The notes below the pieces were generated by a model. The model did no database searches. It was not told the DNA's origin and saw only the letters and a list, made by a program, of their open reading frames with translations. From positions 186,001-250,000 of IMG/VR virus record IMGVR_UViG_3300023202_000247: a stretch of 64,000 nt of DNA. The stretch is one strand, 5' to 3'. Position 1 is the first letter of the stretch. Every line of letters begins with the position of its first letter. The position numbers were made by a program, and so were the translations under genes. This document shows, piece after piece, positions 1 through 10,353 of this stretch.

Positions 1-1
1 T

Positions 2-421
2 TCTCAAATTGAAAAGGGCTTGGAAAGACTGCTTGATAGGTTGGAAAAGGTTCGTTCAACGAAGTTCAAAAGAAAAAGCAAGAAAAAGGCTTGGTATGAT
101 GTTGACGATAGTATCGTCAAAGAAGCTCAGAAATCTACAAGAATCAATGGTATTACAATAACAGTTCCATTATTTATCTCAACACTTGCTCGTACTTGTA
201 TCAACGGAATGGTGAGCGCAGGTCATGATATTGAAGATATGTTTCAAAAGCTTGCTAAGAGATACAATTTAACTCCGAGAGAAAAGGCTGAGCTAGTTCA
301 GCTTTTGAGAGATATGGGATATATGCATTCAACTTCTAGAGATAGAGGATTGGAGTTTAATGAAAAATTTGATCCGACATCGGAAGAAAACTTTGACTAT
401 GCGGCCAACTACTGGGGATAA
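2..421 (+). CDS. hypothetical protein, 5'-truncated by the window edge (probably head/packaging associated)
   Basis: The frame is open upstream of the TTG at 20 to the window start; it ends 3 nt before the next ATG and contains a VKEA motif. Confidence 0.6.
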   Translation, partial: SQIEKGLERLLDRLEKVRSTKFKRKSKKKAWYDVDDSIVKEAQKSTRINGITITVPLFISTLARTCINGMVSAGHDIEDMFQKLAKRYNLTPREKAELVQLLRDMGYMHSTSRDRGLEFNEKFDPTSEENFDYAANYWG

Positions 422-424
422 TAA

Positions 425-1081
425 ATGAGTAAAGCATTAAAAATTGATGTTCCTGTAACAAGGGATAAAAATGAAATAGAAAGATCGGGAAAGCTTAGCG
501 GTTGGCTTGCGGACTTTGCAGATCATTATAAGCAAATGGAATCGCAGCAAAAAACAGCTGTAGAAGTAAACACTGGCCCGTCTATTCAAGAGAAAATGCA
601 TGCCATTTTGAATGGCAATTCTCGCTACAACAACGTTGAAGAGGCTGTTGCGGATTTACACGAGCGCACCGGACTGAAACAATATTTGGAAGCTAAGGCT
701 TCTGATGTTTCAGATGCTGCTAAATATATTTTAGCAGATGATGAAGGTGGTGACGAAAAAAAAGCTGAAAGGCCGGCATTGCTAGAGCGAGTTCCTGCTA
801 TAGAGCATTACATTCGCAACATGGTGAACAATGGAGCTAGCTTGCCGGCAATACTATTTGGAATAGCTTCAACATTTGTACAAGATGGTGTAAGCGATCA
901 AGATATTGATGACATGGATCTTGCCAGATATATCAATCAGTTCATCATGTCCAGAGAACCATCTGAGACACCATTGGATGATCCAAACATTGGTAGAGAT
1001 GTTGGCCTCAAAGTTGATTTGCATGATGTTGATCAAAACAAAGACCCATTTGTCGGCTTGACTCCAAAAAAGGTAATGTAA
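425..1081 (+). CDS. hypothetical protein immediately upstream of large terminase (small terminase is a positional possibility only)
   Basis: 218 aa ORF, tightly packed, predicted helical; no diagnostic motif. Confidence 0.55.
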   Translation: MSKALKIDVPVTRDKNEIERSGKLSGWLADFADHYKQMESQQKTAVEVNTGPSIQEKMHAILNGNSRYNNVEEAVADLHERTGLKQYLEAKASDVSDAAKYILADDEGGDEKKAERPALLERVPAIEHYIRNMVNNGASLPAILFGIASTFVQDGVSDQDIDDMDLARYINQFIMSREPSETPLDDPNIGRDVGLKVDLHDVDQNKDPFVGLTPKKVM

Positions 1082-1112
1082 TCAATAATATGCATAATAT
1101 CAATTATTTTAT

Positions 1113-2963
1113 ATGGTTGATGTTAACATTAGTCCTTTAGATGCATTTAAAAGCAGCATTCTAAATTTAGATCCTGTTGCATTTTGCGAAAATAATTTGA
1201 CGCTTGATGGTCAACAGTTTCGTTTAACCAATAATGGTTACAAACCATTTGCTGATATTTATCGTTATATCGGCATCAAAGCTTTGGAGCCAGATGCATT
1301 GCCGGTAATTCTCGTTAAAGGCAGACAGGTGGGCGCAACTACGATGGCAGCTGCGCTTGCGTGTTATTTCATGGCCAGTAGGTTATTTGGAAATAACGGT
1401 AGGCCGCCAATGCGTGTGATTCACCTGTTTCCTACTTTGGGAATGGCAGCTGCTTATTCCAAAATGAAATTCAGCCAAATGGTTGGTTCTGCAAAGCCAG
1501 CTCCAGGTGAATTTAAAGGAAATGGTGCTCCAAAAACATATATAGAAAAAGAGCTTGATACTAGTAGCCCAGCTAATAACAACCTTCATTTCAAGAAATT
1601 TTTGGGTGATAACCAGTTGGAAATAGAAAGCACTGGTCCTGACGGAAACAGACTTCGTGGACGTACAACAGATTGTATTCTAGCTGATGAAGTTCAAGAC
1701 ATTCCACAGATAGCCCTTGGTGCTATTACCAAGACACTTACCAAGGCTCAATATGGTAAATCAGCGCAAGGTATTCAAGTTTATTTTGGAACACCAAAGC
1801 AAAAAGGTACAGCTTATTATAATATGTGGATGAAATCCACACAGCAATATTACCATTTAAAATGTGAAGAATGTGAATCTTATTTTCCGTTGTACAGACC
1901 AGATGTTGAATGGGAAAGTATATGGCTGTATGGTTACATCGTTAAATGTACCGAATGTGGACACGAGCAAGATAAGCGTGTAGCTGCTGAAAGTGGAAAG
2001 TGGATTAGTTTCAGAGCCGACGAGGAAGAGGCAAAATATGTTGGTTTTCATGTCAACCAATTATATATGCCAGATTTTACACGCGAGATGATTGACGCTC
2101 AACGTCCAGAAAACAACCCAATCAATACTGAACGTATTTATCAAAACGAGGTATTGGGTGAATTTTATGATGGTGAAGCTGCAACTATTACCAAAGAAGA
2201 GATTCACGAAAAATGTTCTGATAAGCGAAAATTTGCTAGAATTATAACTAGAATTGATAACCGTAAAGTTTATGCAGGATTTGACTGGGGTCAGCGTGGC
2301 AACCTTGATCAATTAGCCGGAAGACAAAGAGGGCAGAGTTACAGCTGTGCAGTTATTTTAACAGCTGAAAACAAGAATTTGTTTCACATTCAGTTTGCTA
2401 CAAAAATGAAAAGCGCTGATCCGGGGCACAAAGTTGAAGTTGTTGAAGAGATGTTTCGTAGATACAGCATCAATATGGCCGTTGGTGATATTGGTGATGC
2501 TCATGACTTAACACACATACTTCAAAGAAAGTGGCCTGATACATTTTTGGCAAGCCGTGCAGCTCCAAATGTCAACGGTCATATTAAATATGAAGATGAA
2601 ATATTTCCAAAAGAAATAGTTTTTGAGCGCAATTACTATATTTCAGAGTTAATTGGTTTGTTGAAAAATGGTAACATAAAATTTCCATATGGTAGTTATG
2701 AAAAAGTAATGTGGTTAGTAGAACATTGTGCAAGTATGGATGTTAAGGTTAATATAAATAGATCGGGAGATCCTGTTAAAACATATATAAAAGGACCAAC
2801 TCCAAACGATGGATTCATGGCTCTTTTAAATGCTTACATAGCGTATAAGTTTGACATCACCCAAGGTTTTCAAATTAGTCATCCTAAAGGGTTGAAATTC
2901 GATAATGCTAAGAGAAACAAAGGCGCTCCAGCGTTGTTGGGTTATATGCCAAAATGGAAATGA
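1113..2963 (+). CDS. terL: terminase large subunit (lambda gpA-like)
   Basis: Walker A-like KGRQVGATT, Walker B ILADEVQD, coupling motif GTP, Zn ribbon CEEC..CTEC, RNase H-like GFDWG and C-terminal ND; followed by the portal. Confidence 0.93.
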   Translation: MVDVNISPLDAFKSSILNLDPVAFCENNLTLDGQQFRLTNNGYKPFADIYRYIGIKALEPDALPVILVKGRQVGATTMAAALACYFMASRLFGNNGRPPMRVIHLFPTLGMAAAYSKMKFSQMVGSAKPAPGEFKGNGAPKTYIEKELDTSSPANNNLHFKKFLGDNQLEIESTGPDGNRLRGRTTDCILADEVQDIPQIALGAITKTLTKAQYGKSAQGIQVYFGTPKQKGTAYYNMWMKSTQQYYHLKCEECESYFPLYRPDVEWESIWLYGYIVKCTECGHEQDKRVAAESGKWISFRADEEEAKYVGFHVNQLYMPDFTREMIDAQRPENNPINTERIYQNEVLGEFYDGEAATITKEEIHEKCSDKRKFARIITRIDNRKVYAGFDWGQRGNLDQLAGRQRGQSYSCAVILTAENKNLFHIQFATKMKSADPGHKVEVVEEMFRRYSINMAVGDIGDAHDLTHILQRKWPDTFLASRAAPNVNGHIKYEDEIFPKEIVFERNYYISELIGLLKNGNIKFPYGSYEKVMWLVEHCASMDVKVNINRSGDPVKTYIKGPTPNDGFMALLNAYIAYKFDITQGFQISHPKGLKFDNAKRNKGAPALLGYMPKWK

Positions 2964-2979
2964 TATATTGTAGGTTAGA

Positions 2980-5900
2980 ATGAAGTCAAGAGCAGAACAG
3001 CTAATGGAGTGGAGAGCTTCAAATCCTCCACGAATTACTACAAGTAAAGGTTTGAGTGATTACAGAAAGTTTGCACTCGAACAAGATATTGAAAATGGTC
3101 GATATCAAGAAACAGCTTTTGGTAATCAACATAGAATGGGAGACCAAAATTTTCAGTTTAGCAACTACGTTTTGCCTTCCAAGCTTTCTGACTTTGCAGG
3201 AGATGGACCATCCATTGCTGGAGCCATCACATATAGCAGTAATCGAAAAAGAATAAAAAATGCTGCCGGTGGCGATGCTGGTGCATTTACAACTGATCAA
3301 TCTACATCATTAAATGGTGCAAACTCTGGCTGGAGGGGAATGACGAGCACCACTCGTCAGATACCAGAGGTTTATTCTCCATTGTGGCTCAACAGCAACC
3401 TAAACCTTCCAAGAGATAGAGCCACCATCAACGCTTGGTGCAGAACCTTTTTTGCTCTCAATCCGATCGTACAGAATGCAATCACTTTGCACTCAACATA
3501 TCCAATTGCCAAATTAAATATCAAATGTAAAGATCCTCAAAAAGAAAAGTTCTATGCTCAAATGGCAGAAGAACTTCAATTGATGAACATTTGCAGCCAA
3601 ATTGCACAAGAATTCTGGACGCTGGGAGAGTGCTTCGTATTTGCCGAGTATGATGAAAGAACGGCGAAGTGGAGCAGATTACTAATACAAAACCCAGATT
3701 ACATTACGGTTCAGCGTTCAACGCTTGCTGGAGAACCAATTATTTCGTTGCGTCCGGATGAAAACTTGAGACGTATGGTTAATTCTAATAGACCCGCTGA
3801 TATTCAACAGCGTCGACAGTTGAGCAAAGAAATAGTTGATCACGTTCGTAAAGGCGAAAACATTCCTTTGAATAATTTCAACATAAGTCATTTGGCTCGT
3901 CGCATATCACCATATGAGATTCGTGGTACCGGATTGATTGTAAATAGCTTTAGACAACTCATGTTATTTGATAAGCTTAGGGAGAGTAAATTTGCTCAAG
4001 CTGATAACATGATTAACCCACTTACACTTATTAAAATTGGTGATGTTGGTAAAGGATTTTTTCCAAACCCAAGCGATTTGCAACAATGGCGAGAGATATT
4101 TGAATGCCATGATGAAGAAACTGAGGTTTTAACAAGCGAAGGTTTCAAAAAATTAGAAGATGTTATTTCTTATGAAGAGAAGATGGATGGTACCTTTGGA
4201 ACATCTCACATAAGTAATGTATCTGCAAAACGCGGAGTAAAAATTGCGTGTTTTAATCCAGAAACAGAAAATTTGGAATATCATGAGCCATCAGAAGCAC
4301 ATATTTATAATTATCACGGTGAGATGATTCATTTCAAAAATGATAAAATGGATATCAAGGTAACACCAAATCATGATATGTGGGTTCAATCAAAGAAATT
4401 TACAGGTACTGGTAAAGATAGAACGTGGAAATGGGGAGATTGGAAAAAAATTCCTGCCGGTAAGCTTTCAGATAAACTTTGGGACAAACGTTTTAGATCA
4501 TCTGTTAAATGGGATGGCGATGATTCATTAAAAAATGTTGATGTAAGTGGTACACAAGTTCCTGCCGAATTGTATTTGGAAATGCTTGGATATGTCATCA
4601 GTGAAGGTTGCATATATTCAGATGATAACGATGCTTTTGTTGGAATTTATCAAAATACAAAATTAAACAACGGCTCTGTTAATGAACATTATCCAGTTAT
4701 GAAGCAGTGCGTTGAAAAGTTTTCATCGATTGTGAACAGTAGATACTGTTATGAAAAATGTACACCGGCATCAATAGAGAAAAACACACAGGAAAAGTGG
4801 TCATTCAGAATTCATTCCAAAGAAATATTTGCACATTTTAAAGAACAAGTTGGAACTGATGATGGGCACAAGTCAATGTTTAAAAAGGTTCCAAACTGGG
4901 TTTTGAATTTAAGTCCGAGACTTTTAAAAATATTATTGAACGCACTTGTTCGTGGAGATGGAAGTGATAATCCAAGAGAAAATTATTATACATCATCGAA
5001 AAGGCTTGCAGATGACGTATATGAAATAGCATATAAGTGTGGATATACTCCAACAATGTTTGTAAGAGATGATGACAATTATCTTTACAGATATGGTAAG
5101 TCTCAAGAGGCAAGAAATAAATTATATACGGTTTGTTGGTCAAACTCAGAAATTGGAAATTATCCAATAACTTATAAATATAATGTTGACCCACGTACGA
5201 AAGAAAAAAGAAATCTTGTTGAAAAAGTTCATTATAATGGCAAGGTATGGTGTTTTACTGTTCCAACTGGTTTATTCGTAACTAGACGAAATGGTAAAAT
5301 AACTATACAAGGAAATAGTGCACAATATGACAAAGATTTCAAGGTATTTACACATGACGGTGTAAGTGTTGAACGCATTGGATATGCTCAAGGAATTTAT
5401 GATATCAGCAATGACGTTCAGCAACTTATAAAAGAGATTTATATTGGACTCATGGTTCCATCTGTAGTCATGGATGGTTCAGATACTACTTATGCAACGG
5501 GTAGTGTTGCGCTCGATGTTTTGAGACAGCGTTACATGCAGTTTAGAAACATGTTGTCGCATTTCCTCAAAGAAAAGATTTTTGCACCAATTGCTAAACT
5601 AAACGATTTTTATGAATATGTTGATGGTGTCAAAACTTTAATCATTCCAGAGATTGATTGGAATCACATGTCTTTGTTCGACATGTCTGATTACATACAA
5701 AACATATCAAACCTTGCTCAAGGTGAAGGTCTTGCAAAGAAGGTTTCGTTGCAAACGTTATACAGAAGCCTTGGTCTAGAGTATGATGATGAGATGCGTA
5801 AAATTCGTTATGAAGATATTCAAGATACAATTCGTAGTAAAGAACTTGCCGCATTACAACAGTATCCATTGAACGAACTTCGTGCACTCGGTCGCGATGA

Positions 5901-6195
5901 TGAAATTGATGAGGTTCAAGAAGCGCCGGTGCCGGGTGAAAACCCATATGATGAACCCGATGGTGGTGACATGGGTGGCGGTATGGGTGGCGGTATGGGT
6001 GGAATGCCCGGAGGGGGCGGTGGTTCGCCTTTGGGATTGCCACCACCTCCGGGTGGCGCTCCATCTGCACCGATTGGTGGTGGCGGTGGGCGTCCACCAG
6101 GAACCGGCAGTGGACCCGCTGGAGTTCCGGGACCGCCTGGTGGTGGTACGGGAATCGGGCCCGGAAATATTCCGAAGCCACCGTCTCCAACTTGA
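2980..6195 (+). CDS. portal protein containing an intein, with a G/P-rich disordered C-terminal tail
   Basis: Follows terminase; portal-like segments (NPIVQNAITLH, LGECF, PYEIRGTGLI, IPEIDW); intein at residues 376-779. Confidence 0.85.
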   Translation: MKSRAEQLMEWRASNPPRITTSKGLSDYRKFALEQDIENGRYQETAFGNQHRMGDQNFQFSNYVLPSKLSDFAGDGPSIAGAITYSSNRKRIKNAAGGDAGAFTTDQSTSLNGANSGWRGMTSTTRQIPEVYSPLWLNSNLNLPRDRATINAWCRTFFALNPIVQNAITLHSTYPIAKLNIKCKDPQKEKFYAQMAEELQLMNICSQIAQEFWTLGECFVFAEYDERTAKWSRLLIQNPDYITVQRSTLAGEPIISLRPDENLRRMVNSNRPADIQQRRQLSKEIVDHVRKGENIPLNNFNISHLARRISPYEIRGTGLIVNSFRQLMLFDKLRESKFAQADNMINPLTLIKIGDVGKGFFPNPSDLQQWREIFECHDEETEVLTSEGFKKLEDVISYEEKMDGTFGTSHISNVSAKRGVKIACFNPETENLEYHEPSEAHIYNYHGEMIHFKNDKMDIKVTPNHDMWVQSKKFTGTGKDRTWKWGDWKKIPAGKLSDKLWDKRFRSSVKWDGDDSLKNVDVSGTQVPAELYLEMLGYVISEGCIYSDDNDAFVGIYQNTKLNNGSVNEHYPVMKQCVEKFSSIVNSRYCYEKCTPASIEKNTQEKWSFRIHSKEIFAHFKEQVGTDDGHKSMFKKVPNWVLNLSPRLLKILLNALVRGDGSDNPRENYYTSSKRLADDVYEIAYKCGYTPTMFVRDDDNYLYRYGKSQEARNKLYTVCWSNSEIGNYPITYKYNVDPRTKEKRNLVEKVHYNGKVWCFTVPTGLFVTRRNGKITIQGNSAQYDKDFKVFTHDGVSVERIGYAQGIYDISNDVQQLIKEIYIGLMVPSVVMDGSDTTYATGSVALDVLRQRYMQFRNMLSHFLKEKIFAPIAKLNDFYEYVDGVKTLIIPEIDWNHMSLFDMSDYIQNISNLAQGEGLAKKVSLQTLYRSLGLEYDDEMRKIRYEDIQDTIRSKELAALQQYPLNELRALGRDDEIDEVQEAPVPGENPYDEPDGGDMGGGMGGGMGGMPGGGGGSPLGLPPPPGGAPSAPIGGGGGRPPGTGSGPAGVPGPPGGGTGIGPGNIPKPPSPT
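4105..5316 (+). mobile_element. intein with LAGLIDADG homing endonuclease (404 aa) in the portal
   Basis: Starts CHDEETEVLTSEG; block B VTPNH; LAGLIDADG-like LGYVISEG and LVRGDG; ends VWCFTVPTGLFVTRRNGKITIQGN followed by Ser+1. Confidence 0.92.
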
Positions 6196-6212
6196 TGATT
6201 TCGCAATCTACA

Positions 6213-6231
6213 CATAATAGTCCATATCAAT
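6213..6231 (+). promoter_or_regulatory. representative of a recurring xATA-N6-YAT motif (candidate late promoter)
   Basis: The same motif begins 19 nt before the start codon at 6213, 35884, 43281, 48166, 49501 and 59031. Confidence 0.55.
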
Positions 6232-7962
6232 ATGAACTTTATTGAAAAAATTGCGAGCTTAGAAGTAGAACTAAAAAAGTTTTCATCAACCGATAATTTT
6301 CAAATGTCGGTTGATGAATTCTGTTCTTTGTCCAGATTTTTGCTCGAGTCCGATGTCGAAACTCGTTTCGTTACGGCATTGGTTGAAGTTGTTGCTAAAA
6401 ATCCAAAAATTGTAAATATGGACGATGTTTTGGAGAATTCCAATATGATTCTCAGAGCTTTGTTCGATGAGCATTTCGAGGGCAAGATGTTTACAACGGC
6501 TCAGCGTCGTAGTTTGACTCAATGGCTTGGAGAGAAAGTAAATATTCCGCGTCATCTTGCTGAAACTTTCAATAGTGAAGTTTATGGAAAGCAGATGAAT
6601 CTTCTACGTGAAGTTGATGATGTTGTTCGTGATATTGCTAAAAAGATGCGCTCAGATTTGAAAGATATGAAGCGTGCAATGAAGCAAAGAAAATATCTAG
6701 ATGTTGCCCACTTTGTTGGAAACATCAATGATAAATTGAAAGAATTCAACAATGAGCTTTCGGTATTGAATAATAATCGTTCAGATAATATAGACGATTT
6801 TTATGGTGAATACGAATATGCTGATTTAGACAGAGATTATTTTGGTGAGGCGAAAGCTGCTAAAACACCGGAGCAAATTCTAAAAGAGGCAGGGATATGG
6901 GACTCTCTTTCTAGAAGTCAAGCGGCAAAATTGTTGGAAAAAATGTACAACAAGACGCTGGCGGAACGCAAGAGAGATATGCAAAAGTTGGTTAATAATA
7001 CCGAAAAAATGGTTGAACATACTTTAGGCAAACTAAAAGATATGGGTTCTTATCGTAGTAAAGGTGATATTAGTAAATATATTGCTGCGCTCGAGGATAT
7101 TGAAAAAAAGCGTTTAGCTTTTGAATCTCAATTTAGAAATACCTATCAACAGCATATCTCTCCCATGGTTGAACGTATGCGAGAAAGAAAGCAAGAGCAG
7201 AAGGATTTGGAAAGTGTTCGTGAGCAAGATGAGAAAACCAAAGATGAGATTCCTTCATTAGATCCTGATACGGTTGATCAAGAAACTGTTGAAATGGAAA
7301 CCAGGGTCAACGATCCCGACACTGAGCCAGGCGTTGCCCCAACGGAACCCGGTACGGATAGAGAACCATTACGCGATTTGGTCGATGAAGATGAAGAAAT
7401 TGAGCTTACACAAATAAGTCCTAAATATGAACCAGAGCCGGCTACTACTCCTGCTTCGTTACCACCATCTTCTAGAGAAGAGCCTAATAATGATGTTTCG
7501 TTTTCTCGTAGAAATATTGTTCCACCCGCTCCAGATTCTCCAGTGATACACGAAGCACCGGCTGAGGGCACTTATGGTTATTATGCTGAAAGACAAACTG
7601 ATGTTCCAACATCTTCGAAATTGGCTGATCCGAATTATCAGCTAAACGAAAATGATTTTTATGGTTATTGGAAACAATATGGTGAGCCGCCAAGAGTTCC
7701 AAAGAGTAGAATGCCACAAGTTAGAGAGTTGAGATTGATTCCAGATTATTGGCCCAACCCAGCTCCGAATGCTGGGTTCGAAGGTAGAGAGTTGGAGGCA
7801 TCATTTATAAATGAGATAATAAAACAGTCCAAAGATGCTGGGCATGATGATGTCGCAATTTCTGCAACATTCAAAACATTATCAAAAAAATTGAATGAGA
7901 CGGGAAATGAAACGGCCTCATTGCAAGCCCTTGCAATTGCAGAGGGTTTCGAAGATGCATGA
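6232..7962 (+). CDS. putative head-associated coiled-coil protein
   Basis: 576 aa; located in the head module; K-x-A motifs (EKIA, LKEA). Confidence 0.55.
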   Translation: MNFIEKIASLEVELKKFSSTDNFQMSVDEFCSLSRFLLESDVETRFVTALVEVVAKNPKIVNMDDVLENSNMILRALFDEHFEGKMFTTAQRRSLTQWLGEKVNIPRHLAETFNSEVYGKQMNLLREVDDVVRDIAKKMRSDLKDMKRAMKQRKYLDVAHFVGNINDKLKEFNNELSVLNNNRSDNIDDFYGEYEYADLDRDYFGEAKAAKTPEQILKEAGIWDSLSRSQAAKLLEKMYNKTLAERKRDMQKLVNNTEKMVEHTLGKLKDMGSYRSKGDISKYIAALEDIEKKRLAFESQFRNTYQQHISPMVERMRERKQEQKDLESVREQDEKTKDEIPSLDPDTVDQETVEMETRVNDPDTEPGVAPTEPGTDREPLRDLVDEDEEIELTQISPKYEPEPATTPASLPPSSREEPNNDVSFSRRNIVPPAPDSPVIHEAPAEGTYGYYAERQTDVPTSSKLADPNYQLNENDFYGYWKQYGEPPRVPKSRMPQVRELRLIPDYWPNPAPNAGFEGRELEASFINEIIKQSKDAGHDDVAISATFKTLSKKLNETGNETASLQALAIAEGFEDA

Positions 7963-9424
7963 AATAAGAAAAATAGCTCTAGAAATTTCAGCTGCTGACA
8001 AATTAGATGTTGTCAAAGTTGCAAGTATTCTTTCGAGAATTAAAAACTGGTGGCGTGCTTTAGGAGATCCGGAGTACAAAGCTCGTGTTGAAGAGTTGAA
8101 AGAAACATCTTCCAAATTTAAAAGTTTGCTAGATGAGGTTCAGCACAGTGTTGATAAACTTCAAAAAACTATAAGCGACACTGATGTTGAAAATTATGAT
8201 TCATCTTTGGAACAAATGCGTAGTGCGTTGTTAGCATTAAATGCTGAGATAGATGATGTGGAGCGTTCGGTGTCCAATGTTGAAGATGCCGCACAACCAG
8301 CAGCAAAACGAGAGAATGTACGCTGGAACTATACCCAGGAAGAGCTTGGTGATGAAAAGGTAGTTGACGAATTAAAAAGTCAGTTTCCAGAAGGTCATGA
8401 TGTTGTCGTAAGCAATAGGATAGAGAAACCGCTCAAGTCATTTGACTGGTTTAAAAAATTTGGGCCCGAAAATATTATCATAAGCGATCGTGTAGAAAAT
8501 ATCATCAACAAACAAGTTGCTGGTGCAATTGCTAAAAAACTTGCAATGTATGGCGACTGGAAGCAAGATTACTACATGTATCTTTTAAAGATGAAAGATC
8601 CAAATGTAGAGACTGAATTTCAAAACAAGTTAAAAGATGCCATATTGAATGGTACACTTGTTGAATATAATTTTGCAAAGCCAAGTAAAGAAGTAAAACA
8701 ACGTCAAGCAAATGAAGTTCATATGAGAGTTTTAACAAAGCCATTTTCATTTTCTATAAAAAGAGATGATGGTGCTACGTTAAACGTGAATGTATTTGCC
8801 AAGTGTTTATTAAATGATATGGCCGCTGCATATGTTGGACGAGACAATCTTGATATGATGGGATTTACAAATGTTCAAGTTGATCCAAATTTAGTTGGAA
8901 TAGTTGGTCCAGAACAACAGCCCGAACCAGAGTCGGATTTACCTCCGGAGGAATTTATGGATTATGAACAACAAGAGTATCCAGATGGAGATGATGGATT
9001 TGCTGACGATTTGCTCAGTTCTGCTGGTCCGATGGAAAGAATGGTATCACAAGCTTTAGCAAGAAAAGCTTTCAAACCAGTTGATTTTACCATCACATTG
9101 AGAGGTGAATCTTTCCACGTACAAAATAGATTTGCTAGAGTTTTAACATCAGCTTTGAGAGCTGAGCTGGGAGCAGAATCATCTGTTCGTTCCGACGGGA
9201 ATAGAATAGAGGTTGAGTGTACCGTTTACGGTCCGGAAAAAACCTCTACGAGTGCGGTCAAATCTCTTACTGAAGGAATATCAGAATTATTTGTTGAACA
9301 AAAAGGTTTCAACGTAAAAGCTTCTGTATATGAAAATGTAATAAGTAAGTATGCGATTATAAAAAATGAAATGAGCGAAGAGGCTTTTAGAAAATTTGCT
9401 CTTCACAATATGAGGAAACGATGA
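7955..9424 (+). CDS. putative head-associated protein
   Basis: Probable start at ATG 7955 (MHEIRKIA), overlapping the upstream gene end; contains VKVA followed by SILSRIKNWW. Confidence 0.55.
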   Translation: MHEIRKIALEISAADKLDVVKVASILSRIKNWWRALGDPEYKARVEELKETSSKFKSLLDEVQHSVDKLQKTISDTDVENYDSSLEQMRSALLALNAEIDDVERSVSNVEDAAQPAAKRENVRWNYTQEELGDEKVVDELKSQFPEGHDVVVSNRIEKPLKSFDWFKKFGPENIIISDRVENIINKQVAGAIAKKLAMYGDWKQDYYMYLLKMKDPNVETEFQNKLKDAILNGTLVEYNFAKPSKEVKQRQANEVHMRVLTKPFSFSIKRDDGATLNVNVFAKCLLNDMAAAYVGRDNLDMMGFTNVQVDPNLVGIVGPEQQPEPESDLPPEEFMDYEQQEYPDGDDGFADDLLSSAGPMERMVSQALARKAFKPVDFTITLRGESFHVQNRFARVLTSALRAELGAESSVRSDGNRIEVECTVYGPEKTSTSAVKSLTEGISELFVEQKGFNVKASVYENVISKYAIIKNEMSEEAFRKFALHNMRKR

Positions 9425-9741
9425 GTGAGTCTTATGCTAGCTTTATAGCTAAAAAATATACTGGCAAACTGGTTGAAATATATGTTGGAGATAATGTAGG
9501 TACTCTTTATTATTCTGATTTTGACGTTTCGGAAAAAGCATATATAGTTGGAATAGTTAAAGGTTCTGAAAGCGAAGCTGTAACTGTTGAAGTTGAAATA
9601 GTTACAGGAGATGGAAATTCTCACAGGTGCGAAGTTGATATTCACTCTTGGGCTATAAAAGGGATAATGTTAAAGAAAAACAATGGTATTTCCATTATGA
9701 ATGTATTTGGGAATCAGGCGGCAAGAAAGTTGAAGAGATGA
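9421..9741 (+). CDS. small beta-rich hypothetical protein (Sm/SH3-like possible)
   Basis: ATGA overlaps on both sides. Confidence 0.6.
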   Translation: MSESYASFIAKKYTGKLVEIYVGDNVGTLYYSDFDVSEKAYIVGIVKGSESEAVTVEVEIVTGDGNSHRCEVDIHSWAIKGIMLKKNNGISIMNVFGNQAARKLKR

Positions 9742-10040
9742 CGGATTTGTACGAAATAAAAAATTTATGCAAAAAATTGAAAATTGCTGGAGAGCATGAA
9801 ATTGCTGACAAGTTATTGTTAGCATATGCTGCATTGGGTGATACCGAGTCTCCACGTGTAGATTTGAGTTATTCGTACGTAATGAGAGAGTTAAGAAAAA
9901 AAGATAAAGACAATGTGCGAAAGTTTCAAACTGTGTTTAGAGACTCTTTTTATGAAGCTTTGGACCAGGGTTTAGAAGATGCAGAAGAAATCGCATTGAT
10001 GTCTGCTTTAAAGGCAATAGATTGGAATGACGATAATTGA
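9738..10040 (+). CDS. hypothetical protein
   Basis: Likely start ATG 9738 (ATGA overlap), within the track ORF 9648..10040. Confidence 0.6.
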   Translation: MTDLYEIKNLCKKLKIAGEHEIADKLLLAYAALGDTESPRVDLSYSYVMRELRKKDKDNVRKFQTVFRDSFYEALDQGLEDAEEIALMSALKAIDWNDDN

Positions 10041-10353
10041 TAAAAATATGTTCGAGCGCAGAGTGAAGCTTGCTCAAATGACGTTGAACATGGGTGATCC
10101 GTCATTGGCTGGTCGTGGAATTGCTGACATCGTCAAATTTTTGATGCAACGTGTACCACCAGAAGATTACAAACGTTTATTGGGCAGATTGAGACAAAAA
10201 GTTCATTCTTTAAATGAAAGAGAAATTGCAAGTATAAATTTGAACTCAGGCTCTGCAATAGGACAGTCTATTACATTTATCAAAAATGTTTTGATGGGAC
10301 ATAATTCTACATACATTCGACAAGTTATAAACAATATAGTGAGAAATTTATAA
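10027..10353 (+). CDS. hypothetical helical protein
   Basis: Overlapping, coupled gene; contains VKLAQ. Confidence 0.6.
   Translation: MTIIDKNMFERRVKLAQMTLNMGDPSLAGRGIADIVKFLMQRVPPEDYKRLLGRLRQKVHSLNEREIASINLNSGSAIGQSITFIKNVLMGHNSTYIRQVINNIVRNL

Noticed and set aside
5960-6195. GC-rich stretch at the portal 3' end as horizontal transfer, and its overlapping ORFs
   Set aside because: Explained by Gly/Pro codons of a low-complexity tail; the alternative-frame ORFs are by-products.
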